Source of the DNA: Candidatus Peribacter sp.
GTDB lineage: Bacteria > Patescibacteriota > Gracilibacteria > Peribacterales > Peribacteraceae
Reading direction: 5' to 3'
Assembly (NCBI GenBank): GCA_018652955.1
Contig: JABIBA010000013.1
Span: 55,880-119,879, forward strand
Length of the DNA: 64,000 bases
The position numbers were made by a program, and so were the translations under genes. The notes beneath the pieces were generated by a model. That model ran no database searches. It was not told the DNA's origin and saw nothing but the letters and a program-made list of their open reading frames with translations. Positions 8,863 through 19,590 of this stretch are shown piece by piece. Positions within the stretch are counted from its first letter, which is position 1, and each line of letters begins with the position of its first letter.

Positions 8863-9603
8863 TTATTCTACCACTTCCACCGTGTAGGTGATTGCCTTTA
8901 CTGGCATATCATTTGGGTGTTTCTCGGCGTTAGCGATGGCATCAACAATATCCATACCGTCTGTAACTTCTCCAAATACAGTGTGCTTGCCTTCTAGCCA
9001 CGCTGTGCCGCCTTTCTTCTGGATAATGAAGAACTGTGAACCATTGGTGTTTGGCCCGCTGTTCGCCATAGCGATAGCACCTTTCTTCATGGAAAGAGAC
9101 TTGAGATTGTCGTTAAAGCTGTATCCCTGCAATTGTAGGTAGTCTTTTACGGTTGCATCCTTGAGCTCTGGTGGAAGTGCACCGTCTACTTCGTTTTTAA
9201 GCTTCTTTTTGTGGAGACCATAACTATCGGCGTTGATCTCATCTTCAAATGAAGAGCCAAATACACTCTCTCCTCCTGTTCCGTTTCCGTTTGGGTCACC
9301 TCCTTGAATCATGAAGTCTGTAATAACGCGGTGGAATGTTAGCCCGTCGTAGTAGCCCATTTTGGCGAGCACCACGAAGTTTGTTACTGTTTTAGGGGCA
9401 GCATCTGCATCGAGCTCTAACGTAATATCTCCTTCTGACGTGTGCAAGATTACTTCGTAGTCTCCTTTGAGAAGCTTGCCGTCAAAAGCAGTATCACTAG
9501 GTGGGTTATTTGAGTCGTCCATAGGAGTGTCGGTTGATTCTCCGCAACCTGCGAGAAGAGCGAGTGCGAAGAGGGGAATTATCAGAATGTGGAGTTGTTT
9601 CAT
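8863..9603 (-). CDS. Cyclophilin-type peptidyl-prolyl cis-trans isomerase, lipoprotein-like signal
   Basis: Lipobox-like N-terminus LALLAGC. Cyclophilin core: FHRVITDFMIQGGDP...GSQFFI...LEGKHTVFGEV. Confidence 0.9.
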   Translation of the reverse strand: MKQLHILIIPLFALALLAGCGESTDTPMDDSNNPPSDTAFDGKLLKGDYEVILHTSEGDITLELDADAAPKTVTNFVVLAKMGYYDGLTFHRVITDFMIQGGDPNGNGTGGESVFGSSFEDEINADSYGLHKKKLKNEVDGALPPELKDATVKDYLQLQGYSFNDNLKSLSMKKGAIAMANSGPNTNGSQFFIIQKKGGTAWLEGKHTVFGEVTDGMDIVDAIANAEKHPNDMPVKAITYTVEVVE

Positions 9604-9615
9604 AGCCGCAATAGG

Positions 9616-10659
9616 CTACTGATCTCCACCGCAGGAATCAAGAGTTTGGGCAATGATTTTTGCTATCTGTAAAGCGGCGTCTGACTTGTTGAGTGTGGCA
9701 AATTTCTGTCCCATCTCCCCTCGCAATTTTGCATCAGCAATAAGTGCATGCACTGTGGGTAATAATTTTTTAGAGAGGTCTGATTGTTCAAGATGAGTAC
9801 ATCCATACTGCGCTGCAATTTTTGCATTGTTATATTGATGATCATGACCAACTCCCCGCAGTGGAATGACAATGCTTGCAATAGCATTGGCAGAAAGTTC
9901 TGCAAGGGAACCAGCCCCTGCTCTACTGATTGCAAGATCTGTCGCTGCGTAAAAGTGTGCGAGTTCTTCGTTCACAAATTCTGTTTGATAGTAATGATTT
10001 GTGTTGGGGAGTTGCGCGTTATATTTTCCGCGGCCTGTTACGTGGATGATGTCACATCGAAGCAGGAGGTCGTCGAGTTGCTCGAAAACAATTTCATTAA
10101 TAGCTTTGGCTCCTTGGCTTCCACCCATTACAAGTAGCACAGGCTTTGTTCCATCGAATCCTGTAATGCGCAGTCCTTCCTCTTTAGATCCATCTGTCAC
10201 TCCTGTACGTAGTGGGTTACCTGTGTGGTTATGTCTAGAGGGAAACCCTGTACAGATTTGCTTCGCCCATCGAGCAACAATTCTATTTGCGTGTCCGCTT
10301 ACGGAATCTGATTCGTGCATCACGATAGGAATTCTTTTTTTCTTTGCAGCAAAACATAGTGGAAGACTAACGTAGCTGCCCTTTGAAAATATGATGTCAG
10401 GTTTTTGTATGTCGAGAATTTTTTTCGCATGCATCACCGCTATTAAAAATGCGAACGGAAAAAGCACCGATGTTCGTGGTGCCTTGAGCACGGAATACGA
10501 AAGCTGATTGTCTTCCAAAAATTGTGCATCGTCTCTTCTTGGACTGCAGACAAAATGTGCCTTCGCATCTGGGATCAACGTATTACATTCTTGCCACACA
10601 GCAACCGCGGGTGCGATGTGTCCAACGGAGCCGCCACCAACAAAGAGGATATTCGTCAT
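9616..10659 (-). CDS. murG: Undecaprenyldiphospho-muramoylpentapeptide beta-N-acetylglucosaminyltransferase
   Basis: 347 aa. N-terminal GGGSVGHIAPAVAV, GT28 architecture, and adjacent to ftsW. Confidence 0.9.
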   Translation of the reverse strand: MTNILFVGGGSVGHIAPAVAVWQECNTLIPDAKAHFVCSPRRDDAQFLEDNQLSYSVLKAPRTSVLFPFAFLIAVMHAKKILDIQKPDIIFSKGSYVSLPLCFAAKKKRIPIVMHESDSVSGHANRIVARWAKQICTGFPSRHNHTGNPLRTGVTDGSKEEGLRITGFDGTKPVLLVMGGSQGAKAINEIVFEQLDDLLLRCDIIHVTGRGKYNAQLPNTNHYYQTEFVNEELAHFYAATDLAISRAGAGSLAELSANAIASIVIPLRGVGHDHQYNNAKIAAQYGCTHLEQSDLSKKLLPTVHALIADAKLRGEMGQKFATLNKSDAALQIAKIIAQTLDSCGGDQ

Positions 10660-10675
10660 GAGTGAGTAGTATCTA

Positions 10676-11869
10676 CTAATACGCTCTGCTTGCCCTAGGA
10701 TTTCGCTTCCTTTGTTGTGTTTTTCGCTCTACGGCCATTGCTTGGGTTGAATGCATCGAAATATTGATGAGAATACCCGTCGCAAGGAGCAAGGAAACAA
10801 GCGAAGACCCTCCATAGCTAATAAAGGGCATGGTGATACCCGTAAGAGGGAATAGAGACAAGTTTACCGCCATATTCAGCAATGTTTGTGCCGCAACCCA
10901 GGTGGTAATACCGGTAGCTACTAAGAAGCCAAAGCGGTCAGGGGCTTCCATGGCAGTCCTATATCCGCGGTGTACGAAGATGGCATACATGCTGAGGATA
11001 ATCATCAGGCGCATGAATCCAAGTTCTTCTGCCATCGCAGCAAAGATGGTGTCGCTTTGTACCTCGGGGAGGTATCCGAATTTCTGAATAGACTTTCCGT
11101 ACCCGAGACCAAAGAATCCTCCAGATCCTATGGCGATGAGAGCTTGTTTTATCTGAAATCCGATCGTCTCACTGATAGAAGGATCATCGGGCGTGAGAAA
11201 CGCTTTAAATCGGTTTTGGATGTATTGCTTCTGTAAAATAATTGGCAGACCAATTGTTGCTGCCATAGAACCTCCCAAGATCACGTGGAAAATATTTCCT
11301 CCTGCAACAAAGAACATCACGACTGCGATAGAGGAGAGTACGAGGAACGAACCAAGGTCTGGTTGCAGTGCAACGAGTACAGTTGATAAAGAAAGAAGAA
11401 TAGCAAAGGGAATAAATCCGTCTTTCCATGTCCCGATAAGCTGCTCACGTTTTTGAAGCCACAGTGCCAGATAAAAAATCATCGTCATCTTCAGGAACTC
11501 AGATGGTTGCAAAGAGAACGGCCCGAGTCGCAACCAACTGTATGCCGTTCCGTAGTCCGCACTAATTCCCGGAAGGAATACCATTAGTAGTAGTACGAGT
11601 GTTACGAGGAATAGGGGCATCGCGAGACGTTCCCATACGCGATAGGGAATGATCATCGTGCAAAACATCGCACAGAATCCTACAAGCACGTGGAAGAAGC
11701 TTCTCAATAGATAAAATGAATTACTGGTTTCTTCACGGAGTCCCTGGGCTACAAGACGCGTGGTAATTTGATAACTTTCAAACACCGATACACTCGCAAT
11801 CATCGCAAGTCCAAAGAGTACGAGCACCGCTGCAAGGCCGAAGAGCAGGAGATCCATTCTTCTAAACAT
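10676..11869 (-). CDS. ftsW: SEDS-family peptidoglycan polymerase (FtsW/RodA)
   Basis: 397 aa and polytopic. Has a conserved SEDS tail (LPEVQSDTIFAAMAEELG...PLTGITMPFISYGGSS). It lies immediately upstream of murG. Confidence 0.85.
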   Translation of the reverse strand: MFRRMDLLLFGLAAVLVLFGLAMIASVSVFESYQITTRLVAQGLREETSNSFYLLRSFFHVLVGFCAMFCTMIIPYRVWERLAMPLFLVTLVLLLMVFLPGISADYGTAYSWLRLGPFSLQPSEFLKMTMIFYLALWLQKREQLIGTWKDGFIPFAILLSLSTVLVALQPDLGSFLVLSSIAVVMFFVAGGNIFHVILGGSMAATIGLPIILQKQYIQNRFKAFLTPDDPSISETIGFQIKQALIAIGSGGFFGLGYGKSIQKFGYLPEVQSDTIFAAMAEELGFMRLMIILSMYAIFVHRGYRTAMEAPDRFGFLVATGITTWVAAQTLLNMAVNLSLFPLTGITMPFISYGGSSLVSLLLATGILINISMHSTQAMAVERKTQQRKRNPRASRAY

Positions 11870-11883
11870 AGATCCATTGTAGC

Positions 11884-12729
11884 TTAAAGCTTATTGATGC
11901 CGCGCAAAAAAGCTTTGCGGTGTCTTCCTGCCATTGTAGGAAGTAGTGCGGCTACAGAGTACGCCATCTTCTTCCATCCTCGTGGCAGACGATCGAACTC
12001 TGGTACTGCCTTCGCAAGAACGACTGCAGCTTTTCCAATTGTTTCCATTCGCCTCAGGGAGTCTTCCATTGTAATGACATGATGATGAAAGCCGAGAGAC
12101 TTCGACTCAAAGTACACACGTACACCAGCGTTTTTTAGCCTGTTTCCCCACTCAACATCTTCCCAACCATATAATGCGATATCGTCACGAAAGGAAATAC
12201 GCTCGGCCACCTCTGTCGGCAGACTAATGTTTGCTGTGTACGAATATTGATGCTGCATGTTTTTTGGCAAAATGCCTCCTGCGTACTTCTGTATCTTTGG
12301 ATAGCCAAATTGCCATCCGCTTTGCATGAGCCATTTCATAACAGCTGTCACCTCGATGTCGTGTGCCCACTCGATAGAACCAAGCACGGCAATGGGTGTA
12401 CTGGCGTGCTCGTGAGCTTCGACATGAAGCGCACAAGCGTCGGGTGCCAAAAGAATATCATCACCGATAAATAGCAAGGTGGACGAGCGTGCTTTTTGCA
12501 CTCCTTTGTTCCTTGCGACCCCTTGATGACATGGCGAAATTGTTTCAAAAGATACAGGTATTTGCCAAGCAGAGTTGGCTATACGTTCGTACTCCTTGTC
12601 ATTTTGGACATCATTGATCACGATGACCTCGATATCCTCTGCGATGGTCTGTGACTCCAAATGCGTCAGGCATTTTTCGAGGATATTCGCCCTATTATGG
12701 GTAGGAATGATGACGGAAAGAAGAGGCAT
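11884..12729 (-). CDS. Family 2 glycosyltransferase
   Basis: N-terminus LSVIIPTHNRANILEKCL...VIVINDV...FIGDDILL is a typical GT2 (GT-A, DxD) signature. Confidence 0.8.
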   Translation of the reverse strand: MPLLSVIIPTHNRANILEKCLTHLESQTIAEDIEVIVINDVQNDKEYERIANSAWQIPVSFETISPCHQGVARNKGVQKARSSTLLFIGDDILLAPDACALHVEAHEHASTPIAVLGSIEWAHDIEVTAVMKWLMQSGWQFGYPKIQKYAGGILPKNMQHQYSYTANISLPTEVAERISFRDDIALYGWEDVEWGNRLKNAGVRVYFESKSLGFHHHVITMEDSLRRMETIGKAAVVLAKAVPEFDRLPRGWKKMAYSVAALLPTMAGRHRKAFLRGINKL

Positions 12730-12842
12730 ATCATCGGTATTATCCCGTAATAACTACAAAGAACTAAGTATTATGGGCTTTTTCCTGAAAATGCACTTTT
12801 TTGGCTTTCCTTTGCGTATAAGAGTGCTAGATTGTTCTAAAA

Positions 12843-14141
12843 ATGAATGCTGAAAATCAGGTAAACGGCAACGGGAGCAGTGCTTCTACAGAGACGGAAG
12901 CGGCATCCTTGACCAAGAAAGAGGCAGCAGAAATGTTTAATGTATCAGAAAAAACGATCGATAGATGGGGGCAAAAATACGAGTTACCTGTAGCGCCGAT
13001 GGGTGCGAACGGATGTCGGCAAAAGAGATATGTTCTTGCAGGATTGCGGCAATTTAGCGAAAAGTATCAGGAGGTTGTGGAGCGTGCAGGTTCATTTAGT
13101 TTGATGAGTGACGAAGAGCGCAGGGGGTATTTATCTCGAGGAGAAGCATTGCTGGAGTCTGGGAAGACTCGCATAGAGGTTATCAGAACTCTTGCGCAAG
13201 AGAGTGGGCGGTCACGAGAAGCAATACGGTATTTACTAAAGGGCATTAATGTAATGAGCCTTAAGGAGAGAGAACAATGCGCGAGGACACAAGAAGCATC
13301 TCAGTGGAATTTGAAACATATTCCTACAGAGGAGTTTCTTGAGCCAGATGCAGAAAAACGTATTTTTACTCCTACTCCCGAGAACGAAAAGGCAAGAAGG
13401 ACGAAGCCGCCTGCAGGACTTCCTCCGTACCTTGCCTCGTTGTACGAGACTCCACTGATGTCTCGTGAGCAGGAGCAGCATGTATTTCGACGGTTACATT
13501 TTGCACTATTTCGTGTGTCACAAATCTTGCCTGAAGATCTTAGTCAGGTGACACAGGAAGAATTGGAACAGGCACAGAAATATATGCAGATCGCTACCGA
13601 AGACGAACAGTTTATTATTAAGTCCAATCTTCGCCTGCCTGTGAGCATTGCTAAAAAATTTGCAAGAGGAGAGGAGATGTTTGATTTAGTGAGTGACTAT
13701 AATATGTCGCTAATGAAAGCAGTTAGAATGTTTGATTATTCTCGTGGATTTAAGTTTAGTACGTATGCTACGTATGCAATAAAAAATAATGCTTCTCGTG
13801 AGTTCGATAAGGAAAACGCACGCAAGAGGCACTTTGCAAATGGAAAAGGAGAAATGCTCGACGAGACCGCAGACACACGCTCGGATGAGACGGCTCTATT
13901 AATAGAGCAGGGAAGGAATGAAGAACAAGCCAGGGAGCTCATGAGTTGTCTGGACGATCGAGAAGTAGAGATCATTTGCAGGCGATACGGCTTTGGTATT
14001 GAGGAGCCGGAAACACTTAAGACTGTTGGCGAAGCTCTTGGTGTAACGAAGGAGCGTATTCGCCAAATACAAAGTAGGGCCGAAAGAAAAATGCGAGAGT
14101 TAAGTACGCTACAATCAAGATCAAAGACTCAATCATTTTAG
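12843..14141 (+). CDS. Sigma-70 family RNA polymerase sigma factor with an extra N-terminal HTH domain
   Basis: Region 2 (IIKSNLRLPVSIAKKF...DLVSDYNMSLMKAVRMFDYSRGFKFSTYATYAIKN) and region 4.2 (LKTVGEALGVTKERIRQIQSRAERKM) are present. The N-terminus carries an excisionase/MerR-like HTH (LTKKEAAEMFNVSEKTIDRWGQKYELP). Confidence 0.85.
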   Translation: MNAENQVNGNGSSASTETEAASLTKKEAAEMFNVSEKTIDRWGQKYELPVAPMGANGCRQKRYVLAGLRQFSEKYQEVVERAGSFSLMSDEERRGYLSRGEALLESGKTRIEVIRTLAQESGRSREAIRYLLKGINVMSLKEREQCARTQEASQWNLKHIPTEEFLEPDAEKRIFTPTPENEKARRTKPPAGLPPYLASLYETPLMSREQEQHVFRRLHFALFRVSQILPEDLSQVTQEELEQAQKYMQIATEDEQFIIKSNLRLPVSIAKKFARGEEMFDLVSDYNMSLMKAVRMFDYSRGFKFSTYATYAIKNNASREFDKENARKRHFANGKGEMLDETADTRSDETALLIEQGRNEEQARELMSCLDDREVEIICRRYGFGIEEPETLKTVGEALGVTKERIRQIQSRAERKMRELSTLQSRSKTQSF

Positions 14142-14143
14142 AT

Positions 14144-14713
14144 ATGCATACACTCTTTCTAGATCTCGCTTCTCACGACGCACTTATTGCCTGCTGCGAT
14201 GAGCAGCATACGGTCGCTTCGCAGTCAGTTCATGCGCGTATTGGAGATCACGAAGTGATCCCCATGATTGAGAAGGTATTGGCAGAGGCAGGATGGAAGT
14301 TTGAAGACCTTGAGCGTATCGCATGCATAGTCGGACCTGGAGGGTTCACTTCTCTGCGCGTTGCGGTGACATTTGCCAATGTACTTGCAGATCAGTTGCA
14401 GATTCCTTCTGTAGGGATTCATCTATCAGATCTTTATCAGGCTCGATCGCAAGACTCAGAGGTGTACTGGGTACACTCTACAAAGAAAGATCAGCTATTT
14501 ATTCGAGGAGGGCAGTGGGAAGAGCCGACTCTTATTTCTTTGGATGAGCTCCCAACTGTGTCTTGGATGGGGGAGCTTATTGATGAACACCGAGAAGTTA
14601 TCAAATCAGATCCAGTCACTCTTCAGCCTATTGAAGAAGTTCTTCCTGCCCTACTGCACAGCCAAAAATATGATCAGGAAATAGTGACTCCTTGGTATGG
14701 GAGGGGGTGGTGA
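14144..14713 (+). CDS. tsaB: tRNA t6A biosynthesis protein TsaB (YeaZ-like), short form
   Basis: 189 aa. LFLDLASHDALIA...IACIVGPGGFTSLRVAVTFANVLA matches the TsaB/YeaZ pattern. Confidence 0.7.
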   Translation: MHTLFLDLASHDALIACCDEQHTVASQSVHARIGDHEVIPMIEKVLAEAGWKFEDLERIACIVGPGGFTSLRVAVTFANVLADQLQIPSVGIHLSDLYQARSQDSEVYWVHSTKKDQLFIRGGQWEEPTLISLDELPTVSWMGELIDEHREVIKSDPVTLQPIEEVLPALLHSQKYDQEIVTPWYGRGW

Positions 14714-14731
14714 TCTGCTATCCTCTGTGCG

Positions 14732-17422
14732 ATGTCTTTAATGGATTCCCTCAACCGGCTACTCGGAGACCCAAACGAGAAGGAGCTTAAGAAGCTCCGT
14801 CCCTATATTGCTAAGGTGAGAGCTGAGCAGGAGAAAGATGAGTACAAGAAGCTCACGCTAGAGGATTTACCAAAGCAGTCTGATGCCTTTCGTGCAAGAC
14901 TTGAAAAAGGAGAGACCGTTGACGCCCTTGTTCCAGAGGCGTTCGCTTTGGTTGCTCGTGCATGTGAACTGCTTACAGGTACAAAGTATAAAGAAGAAGG
15001 CATAGACTTTGTCTGGGAGATTCAAAACCCTTTTGATGTACAGATCATTGGAGGAGTAGCGCTGCACCAAGGAAACGTTGCAGAAATGCGTACGGGTGAA
15101 GGAAAAACATTTGTATGTACCATGCCGATTTACCTGAATGCACTCCTTGGAAAAGGTGTGCACGTTGTTACCGTTAACGATTACCTCGCACGTCGAGATG
15201 CTGCATGGATGAAAGTGTTATACGAAGCACTTGGCTTAACTGTTGGTGTGATCTTGCATGAGAAAAATCACGAAGAACGCCAAGAGGCTTATGGGTGTGA
15301 CGTGACATACGGTACCAACAACGAGTTTGGGTTCGATTACCTGCGTGACAACATGGCAGTAAGTAAAGACCGCCAAGTACAGCGTGGATTGCACTACGCC
15401 ATTGTGGATGAGGTGGACTCTATTTTGATTGATGAAGCGAGGACACCACTAATTATCTCGCAGCCTGCGGGGGAATCGACTACAAAGTATCAGCAGTACT
15501 CTATCTACGTAAAAGAGCTACAAGAGAATGTGCACTACAACAAAGACGAGAAGCAAAAAGCAGCAGTACTCTCTGAAGAAGGTATTAAAAAAATGGAGGA
15601 GCTACTCGGGCTCGAAAACATTTATACCGAAAAAGGATTCGAAGAAGTGCACCACATAGAACAAGCACTCCGTGCGAGCGCTATGTACGAACTGGATACC
15701 GATTACGTTGTTCGTGATGGTGAGGTGATTATTGTTGATGAATTCACAGGACGTTTGATGCCAGGACGTCGTTACAGCCACGGGCTGCACCAAGCTATCG
15801 AAGCTAAAGAAGGTGTAGAAGTGCAGCGTGAAAGCAAAACTCTCGCAACGATTACGTTCCAGAACTACTTTAGGCTTTACGACAAGCTTGCAGGAATGAC
15901 GGGTACTGCAAAAACAGAAGAAGAGGAATTCGAATCTATCTATAAACTTGGCACAATAGTTATCCCTACAAACAAGCCTGTAGTTAGGGCAGATCACGCA
16001 GATGCAATCTACCGAACAGTTGAGGCTAAGTTTATGGCTGTAGCTAAGATGGCACGAGAGATGAATGCAAAAGGACAGCCTGTGCTTATTGGTACGACAT
16101 CAATCGAAAAGTCTGAAGCGCTGAGTTCACTTCTTACAAGTGAGAAGATTGAACACAATGTACTTAACGCCAAACAACATGAAAAAGAAGCGGAGATTGT
16201 CGCAGGGGCTGATCAGCAAAGTGCTATTACTATCGCGACGAACATGGCAGGACGAGGAACAGATATCAAGCTTGGTGACGGTGTAAAAGAAATAGGAGGC
16301 CTTGCAATCCTTGGTACTGAACGTCACGAATCTCGTCGTATCGATAACCAGTTGCGTGGTCGTTCTGGAAGGCAGGGTGACCCAGGAGAAAGCAGGTTCT
16401 TTGTCTCTATGGAAGATGACTTAATGCGTCTGTTTGGTGGAGATCGCTTAAAAGACATGATGGAGAAGCTAAAAGTTCCAGATGATGTTCCTCTAGAAAA
16501 CACTATTGTTTCACGAAGCATCGAAGGTGCGCAGAAGCGTGTCGAAGGAAAGAACTTTGATATTCGTCGTCACACAGTTCAGTACGATGACGTGATGAAC
16601 AAGCACCGAGAAATCATCTATGTACGTAGGCAGAAAATTTTGGATCGTCTTGCAGAAGTAGAACAAGAAGAGGTGCAAGGAGAGCAGCCACTCCACGAAA
16701 ATATCTTAGAGTCACTACGCAACGAAGGATCTGCAATTGTTGAGAGTCATGCTAGGGGAGATGATGCAGAGCGTTGGGATAACAAAGAAATGAGTGAGAC
16801 AGTAGCCACACTGCATCCTGTGCTTGGTCAAAAGTTTACTGAGCAAGTTTTCGCTGCATTCCCAGACAAAGAAACTGCACAGCAAGAACTTGGAGAATTC
16901 TTGGTACACTTCTACGAAGCCAAGTGTGAAGAGGAAGATGCTGCAATGGTCGCGAGGGCAGAGCGTGTTATTACACTACAATCGATTGATACACGATGGA
17001 TGGATCACATTGATGATATGTCTCATTTGCGAGAACAAGTGGCTTTTGCAGGGTTTGCACAGAGAGATCCACTTATTGAGTACAAGGATCAAGGATTCCA
17101 AAGGTTCCAGCAACTTCTTGCGACTGTTGAGAACAGTATTATCAGAATGCTTCTACAGGCGGACTTTGCACAGTTTGCACCGCGCGCGTTCTTGCAAGAT
17201 GCACAAGATGCCCTTGATGGGCTGCAGACAAATGAAGATGTAATAGAAGAAGGGCTTGGACAGGGAGTAGGAGGAGCTGCGAAGCAATCACAGAATCCAA
17301 TAGTTATGAATGCTGATGATCACGCCGCTGCAGGTACTGCTCCACTTTCTGTAGACAAGATTGGTCGAAATGACCCATGCCCTTGTGGTAGCGGAAAGAA
17401 ATATAAGAAGTGCCATGGGTAG
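14732..17422 (+). CDS. secA: Preprotein translocase ATPase SecA
   Basis: 896 aa. Contains MRTGEGKT, the DEAD-like [29 protein letters not shown], and a C-terminal zinc motif [14 protein letters not shown]. Confidence 0.97.
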   Translation: MSLMDSLNRLLGDPNEKELKKLRPYIAKVRAEQEKDEYKKLTLEDLPKQSDAFRARLEKGETVDALVPEAFALVARACELLTGTKYKEEGIDFVWEIQNPFDVQIIGGVALHQGNVAEMRTGEGKTFVCTMPIYLNALLGKGVHVVTVNDYLARRDAAWMKVLYEALGLTVGVILHEKNHEERQEAYGCDVTYGTNNEFGFDYLRDNMAVSKDRQVQRGLHYAIVDEVDSILIDEARTPLIISQPAGESTTKYQQYSIYVKELQENVHYNKDEKQKAAVLSEEGIKKMEELLGLENIYTEKGFEEVHHIEQALRASAMYELDTDYVVRDGEVIIVDEFTGRLMPGRRYSHGLHQAIEAKEGVEVQRESKTLATITFQNYFRLYDKLAGMTGTAKTEEEEFESIYKLGTIVIPTNKPVVRADHADAIYRTVEAKFMAVAKMAREMNAKGQPVLIGTTSIEKSEALSSLLTSEKIEHNVLNAKQHEKEAEIVAGADQQSAITIATNMAGRGTDIKLGDGVKEIGGLAILGTERHESRRIDNQLRGRSGRQGDPGESRFFVSMEDDLMRLFGGDRLKDMMEKLKVPDDVPLENTIVSRSIEGAQKRVEGKNFDIRRHTVQYDDVMNKHREIIYVRRQKILDRLAEVEQEEVQGEQPLHENILESLRNEGSAIVESHARGDDAERWDNKEMSETVATLHPVLGQKFTEQVFAAFPDKETAQQELGEFLVHFYEAKCEEEDAAMVARAERVITLQSIDTRWMDHIDDMSHLREQVAFAGFAQRDPLIEYKDQGFQRFQQLLATVENSIIRMLLQADFAQFAPRAFLQDAQDALDGLQTNEDVIEEGLGQGVGGAAKQSQNPIVMNADDHAAAGTAPLSVDKIGRNDPCPCGSGKKYKKCHG

Positions 17423-17446
17423 TGGTTTGCTCTATACTGAGCTGCC

Positions 17447-18415
17447 ATGCCAAAGTTGCACCCAATCATCGGACATGCATCCCAGCAAGATCAGTTGCGC
17501 AGCGATTTAGAAAAGGGCAACGTTGCACATGCATATCTCTTTTCGGGCCCTGCGCACCTCGGAAAAATGCCTATGGCTTTGCAGTTTGCGTATGAGCTTT
17601 TGTCTACAGACGTTCCCGATGACGAAAAAGAGCAGATGCAATCACAGTTTGAAAAATTGACGCATCCAGATCTTCTTATTCTTGATCAGCTATGGATGGA
17701 GGAGGTATGTAATGATTGGGACGTTATCGCGAAGACTTCTAATGTGCCACAGATACATCGGTCGAAAGCGCCAAAATCTAAGACAGATATTATCAGCATA
17801 GATGATGTTCGTGCGCTTCATGAGAGACTAATGGATACGGGTTCTGGTACGTATCGCTGTTGCATAATTCGAAGCGTAGAACGCATGAAAGATGCAGCTG
17901 CTAATGCATTCTTAAAGATACTTGAAGAGCCACCGAAAGGACTGGTCTTTATTCTTACGACACAGCATCAAACCTCTTTGCTTCCAACCATTATTTCCCG
18001 CACACGTGTTATTCCATTTCGATGTGTTTCAATGCAAGACATGCATGGCTTATTGGATGGAGTAGCAGAGGATGATAGGAAATTTATATTACATATTACC
18101 TCTGGTGCACCGGGACTTGCGGTACGGCTACGTGATGACCCAGATTTGTTGCGAATGCATCGTACACTCCATACGACAGCACAGTCCTTTTGGAGGACTC
18201 AGTCGCTAAGAGAGCGGTTGCAGATTTTGTCTCCGTTACATAAGCGTGGAAAAGAATCTGATGATCTAATGCTTCATTTAGGGCTAACGTTACGCGAACA
18301 ACCAGTATCAACTGTATGCAAAAATGCAGCGGTATATAGCCAACTTGCTGCGGATTTTCAGACAAATACCCATCGACAACTGTTGTCACAAAAATTTGCG
18401 CTGGCAATAGTTTAA
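17447..18415 (+). CDS. holB: DNA polymerase III delta-prime subunit
   Basis: GNVAHAYLFSGPAHLGK, ...FLKILEEPP..., and the SRT-like ISRTRVIPF are typical clamp-loader delta-prime signatures. Confidence 0.8.
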   Translation: MPKLHPIIGHASQQDQLRSDLEKGNVAHAYLFSGPAHLGKMPMALQFAYELLSTDVPDDEKEQMQSQFEKLTHPDLLILDQLWMEEVCNDWDVIAKTSNVPQIHRSKAPKSKTDIISIDDVRALHERLMDTGSGTYRCCIIRSVERMKDAAANAFLKILEEPPKGLVFILTTQHQTSLLPTIISRTRVIPFRCVSMQDMHGLLDGVAEDDRKFILHITSGAPGLAVRLRDDPDLLRMHRTLHTTAQSFWRTQSLRERLQILSPLHKRGKESDDLMLHLGLTLREQPVSTVCKNAAVYSQLAADFQTNTHRQLLSQKFALAIV

Positions 18416-18464
18416 TCCAATCACCCTTGCGGAGGATTTTACTAGGGTGTAGCCTTTTTCTCCG

Positions 18465-19226
18465 TTGATTTACATCCTTGTCCTTTTCGGCTCTTTCTTT
18501 GGAATCTGCGCGATACTCGGTGCACGAGTTGCGTTTAAAAATCGTAATGTTCGCAAGTTTGTGCGTGGTATTTCTAAGCGTTCAGAAAAAGCAAAAGAGC
18601 GTGGTCTTACCATGAAAGAAACACGAATAGACAAGCCACATAAGAACCCGCGTGTTTCTGCAATTGAAATGCAGAAGGTGCGCACACTTCTTCGCGAAGC
18701 AGAAAAATCTACTGCGCGTAGAAAGTATGATGAGACAGAAAAACTATTGATTCAAGCACTTACCCTCAGTCCTGAGTCTGTTGAAGTGCGTGCAGAACTT
18801 GCAAAGTTGTATCTGACAATGGAGAGAGACCCTAAGGCAGAAGCACTGTACAGAGAGCTTCTTCTTGATGCAGACGAAGTGAGCTTTCATGCGAACCTTG
18901 GTCTTGCTTGTTATAAGCAGGGAAAATTTGAACATGCGTGCGTGTCGTATCAAGAAGCGCTTAATAGAGATCCTAAGAGCCCAGAGAGAGCAGCAGCTCT
19001 CGGTCGTTGTTGTATGGCTGCAAAAAGATTTTTAGAGGCTGCAGACTTACTGGAAAAAGCATCCGAGCGACTTTCTCGGGATACAGAAATTTTGCATATG
19101 ATTGGAGAGTGTTATGAGCAGCTTGGTGACTTACGTTCTGCAGAAGATGCCTACATGCGTATTCATCGTTTACAACCGTACGACGAAGCAGTGAAGCAAA
19201 AACTCAATGCACTTGCAGGAGTTTAA
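18465..19226 (+). CDS. Membrane-anchored TPR-repeat protein
   Basis: TTG start. N-terminal TM helix IYILVLFGSFFGICAILG followed by several TPR-like 34-aa repeats (AEALYRELL..., ACVSYQEALNRDPKS..., AEDAYMRIHRLQP). Confidence 0.7.
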   Translation: MIYILVLFGSFFGICAILGARVAFKNRNVRKFVRGISKRSEKAKERGLTMKETRIDKPHKNPRVSAIEMQKVRTLLREAEKSTARRKYDETEKLLIQALTLSPESVEVRAELAKLYLTMERDPKAEALYRELLLDADEVSFHANLGLACYKQGKFEHACVSYQEALNRDPKSPERAAALGRCCMAAKRFLEAADLLEKASERLSRDTEILHMIGECYEQLGDLRSAEDAYMRIHRLQPYDEAVKQKLNALAGV

Positions 19227-19507
19227 CCTTCGACAAGCTCTAGTTCGGTGTCTCCGTTAACTACTGCCTGACATCCGAGGCGCTCGTCTTCATCGGTGAT
19301 ACCCATGTTCTCTTCTTTGTCGTTTCTCTCACCCAAGTTTTCTCCACCGGCTTTTACTTTGCAGAGACATGTTGTGCAGAATCCATTTCCGCCACAGGCG
19401 TGTTCTATAGGCACTCCGTTATCGAGCGCTATTTGTAGAACAGTTTTTCCTGCCGTATCTTCTACTTCTGTTTTTTGGCCGTTGATGACAAATGTTACCT
19501 TTGGCAT
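19223..19507 (-). CDS. 2Fe-2S ferredoxin
   Basis: 94 aa with CGGNGFCTTCLC and a later C. Divergent from sufC. Overlaps the TPR gene stop by 4 nt (convergent). Confidence 0.8.
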   Translation of the reverse strand: MPKVTFVINGQKTEVEDTAGKTVLQIALDNGVPIEHACGGNGFCTTCLCKVKAGGENLGERNDKEENMGITDEDERLGCQAVVNGDTELELVEG

Positions 19508-19590
19508 CTGCAGAGAGTATGGATCAAGATAGATGAATAATGAAGAGGAAATTCTTCGTAAATCTCAGTGACTAATTCATACTCCTTTTA

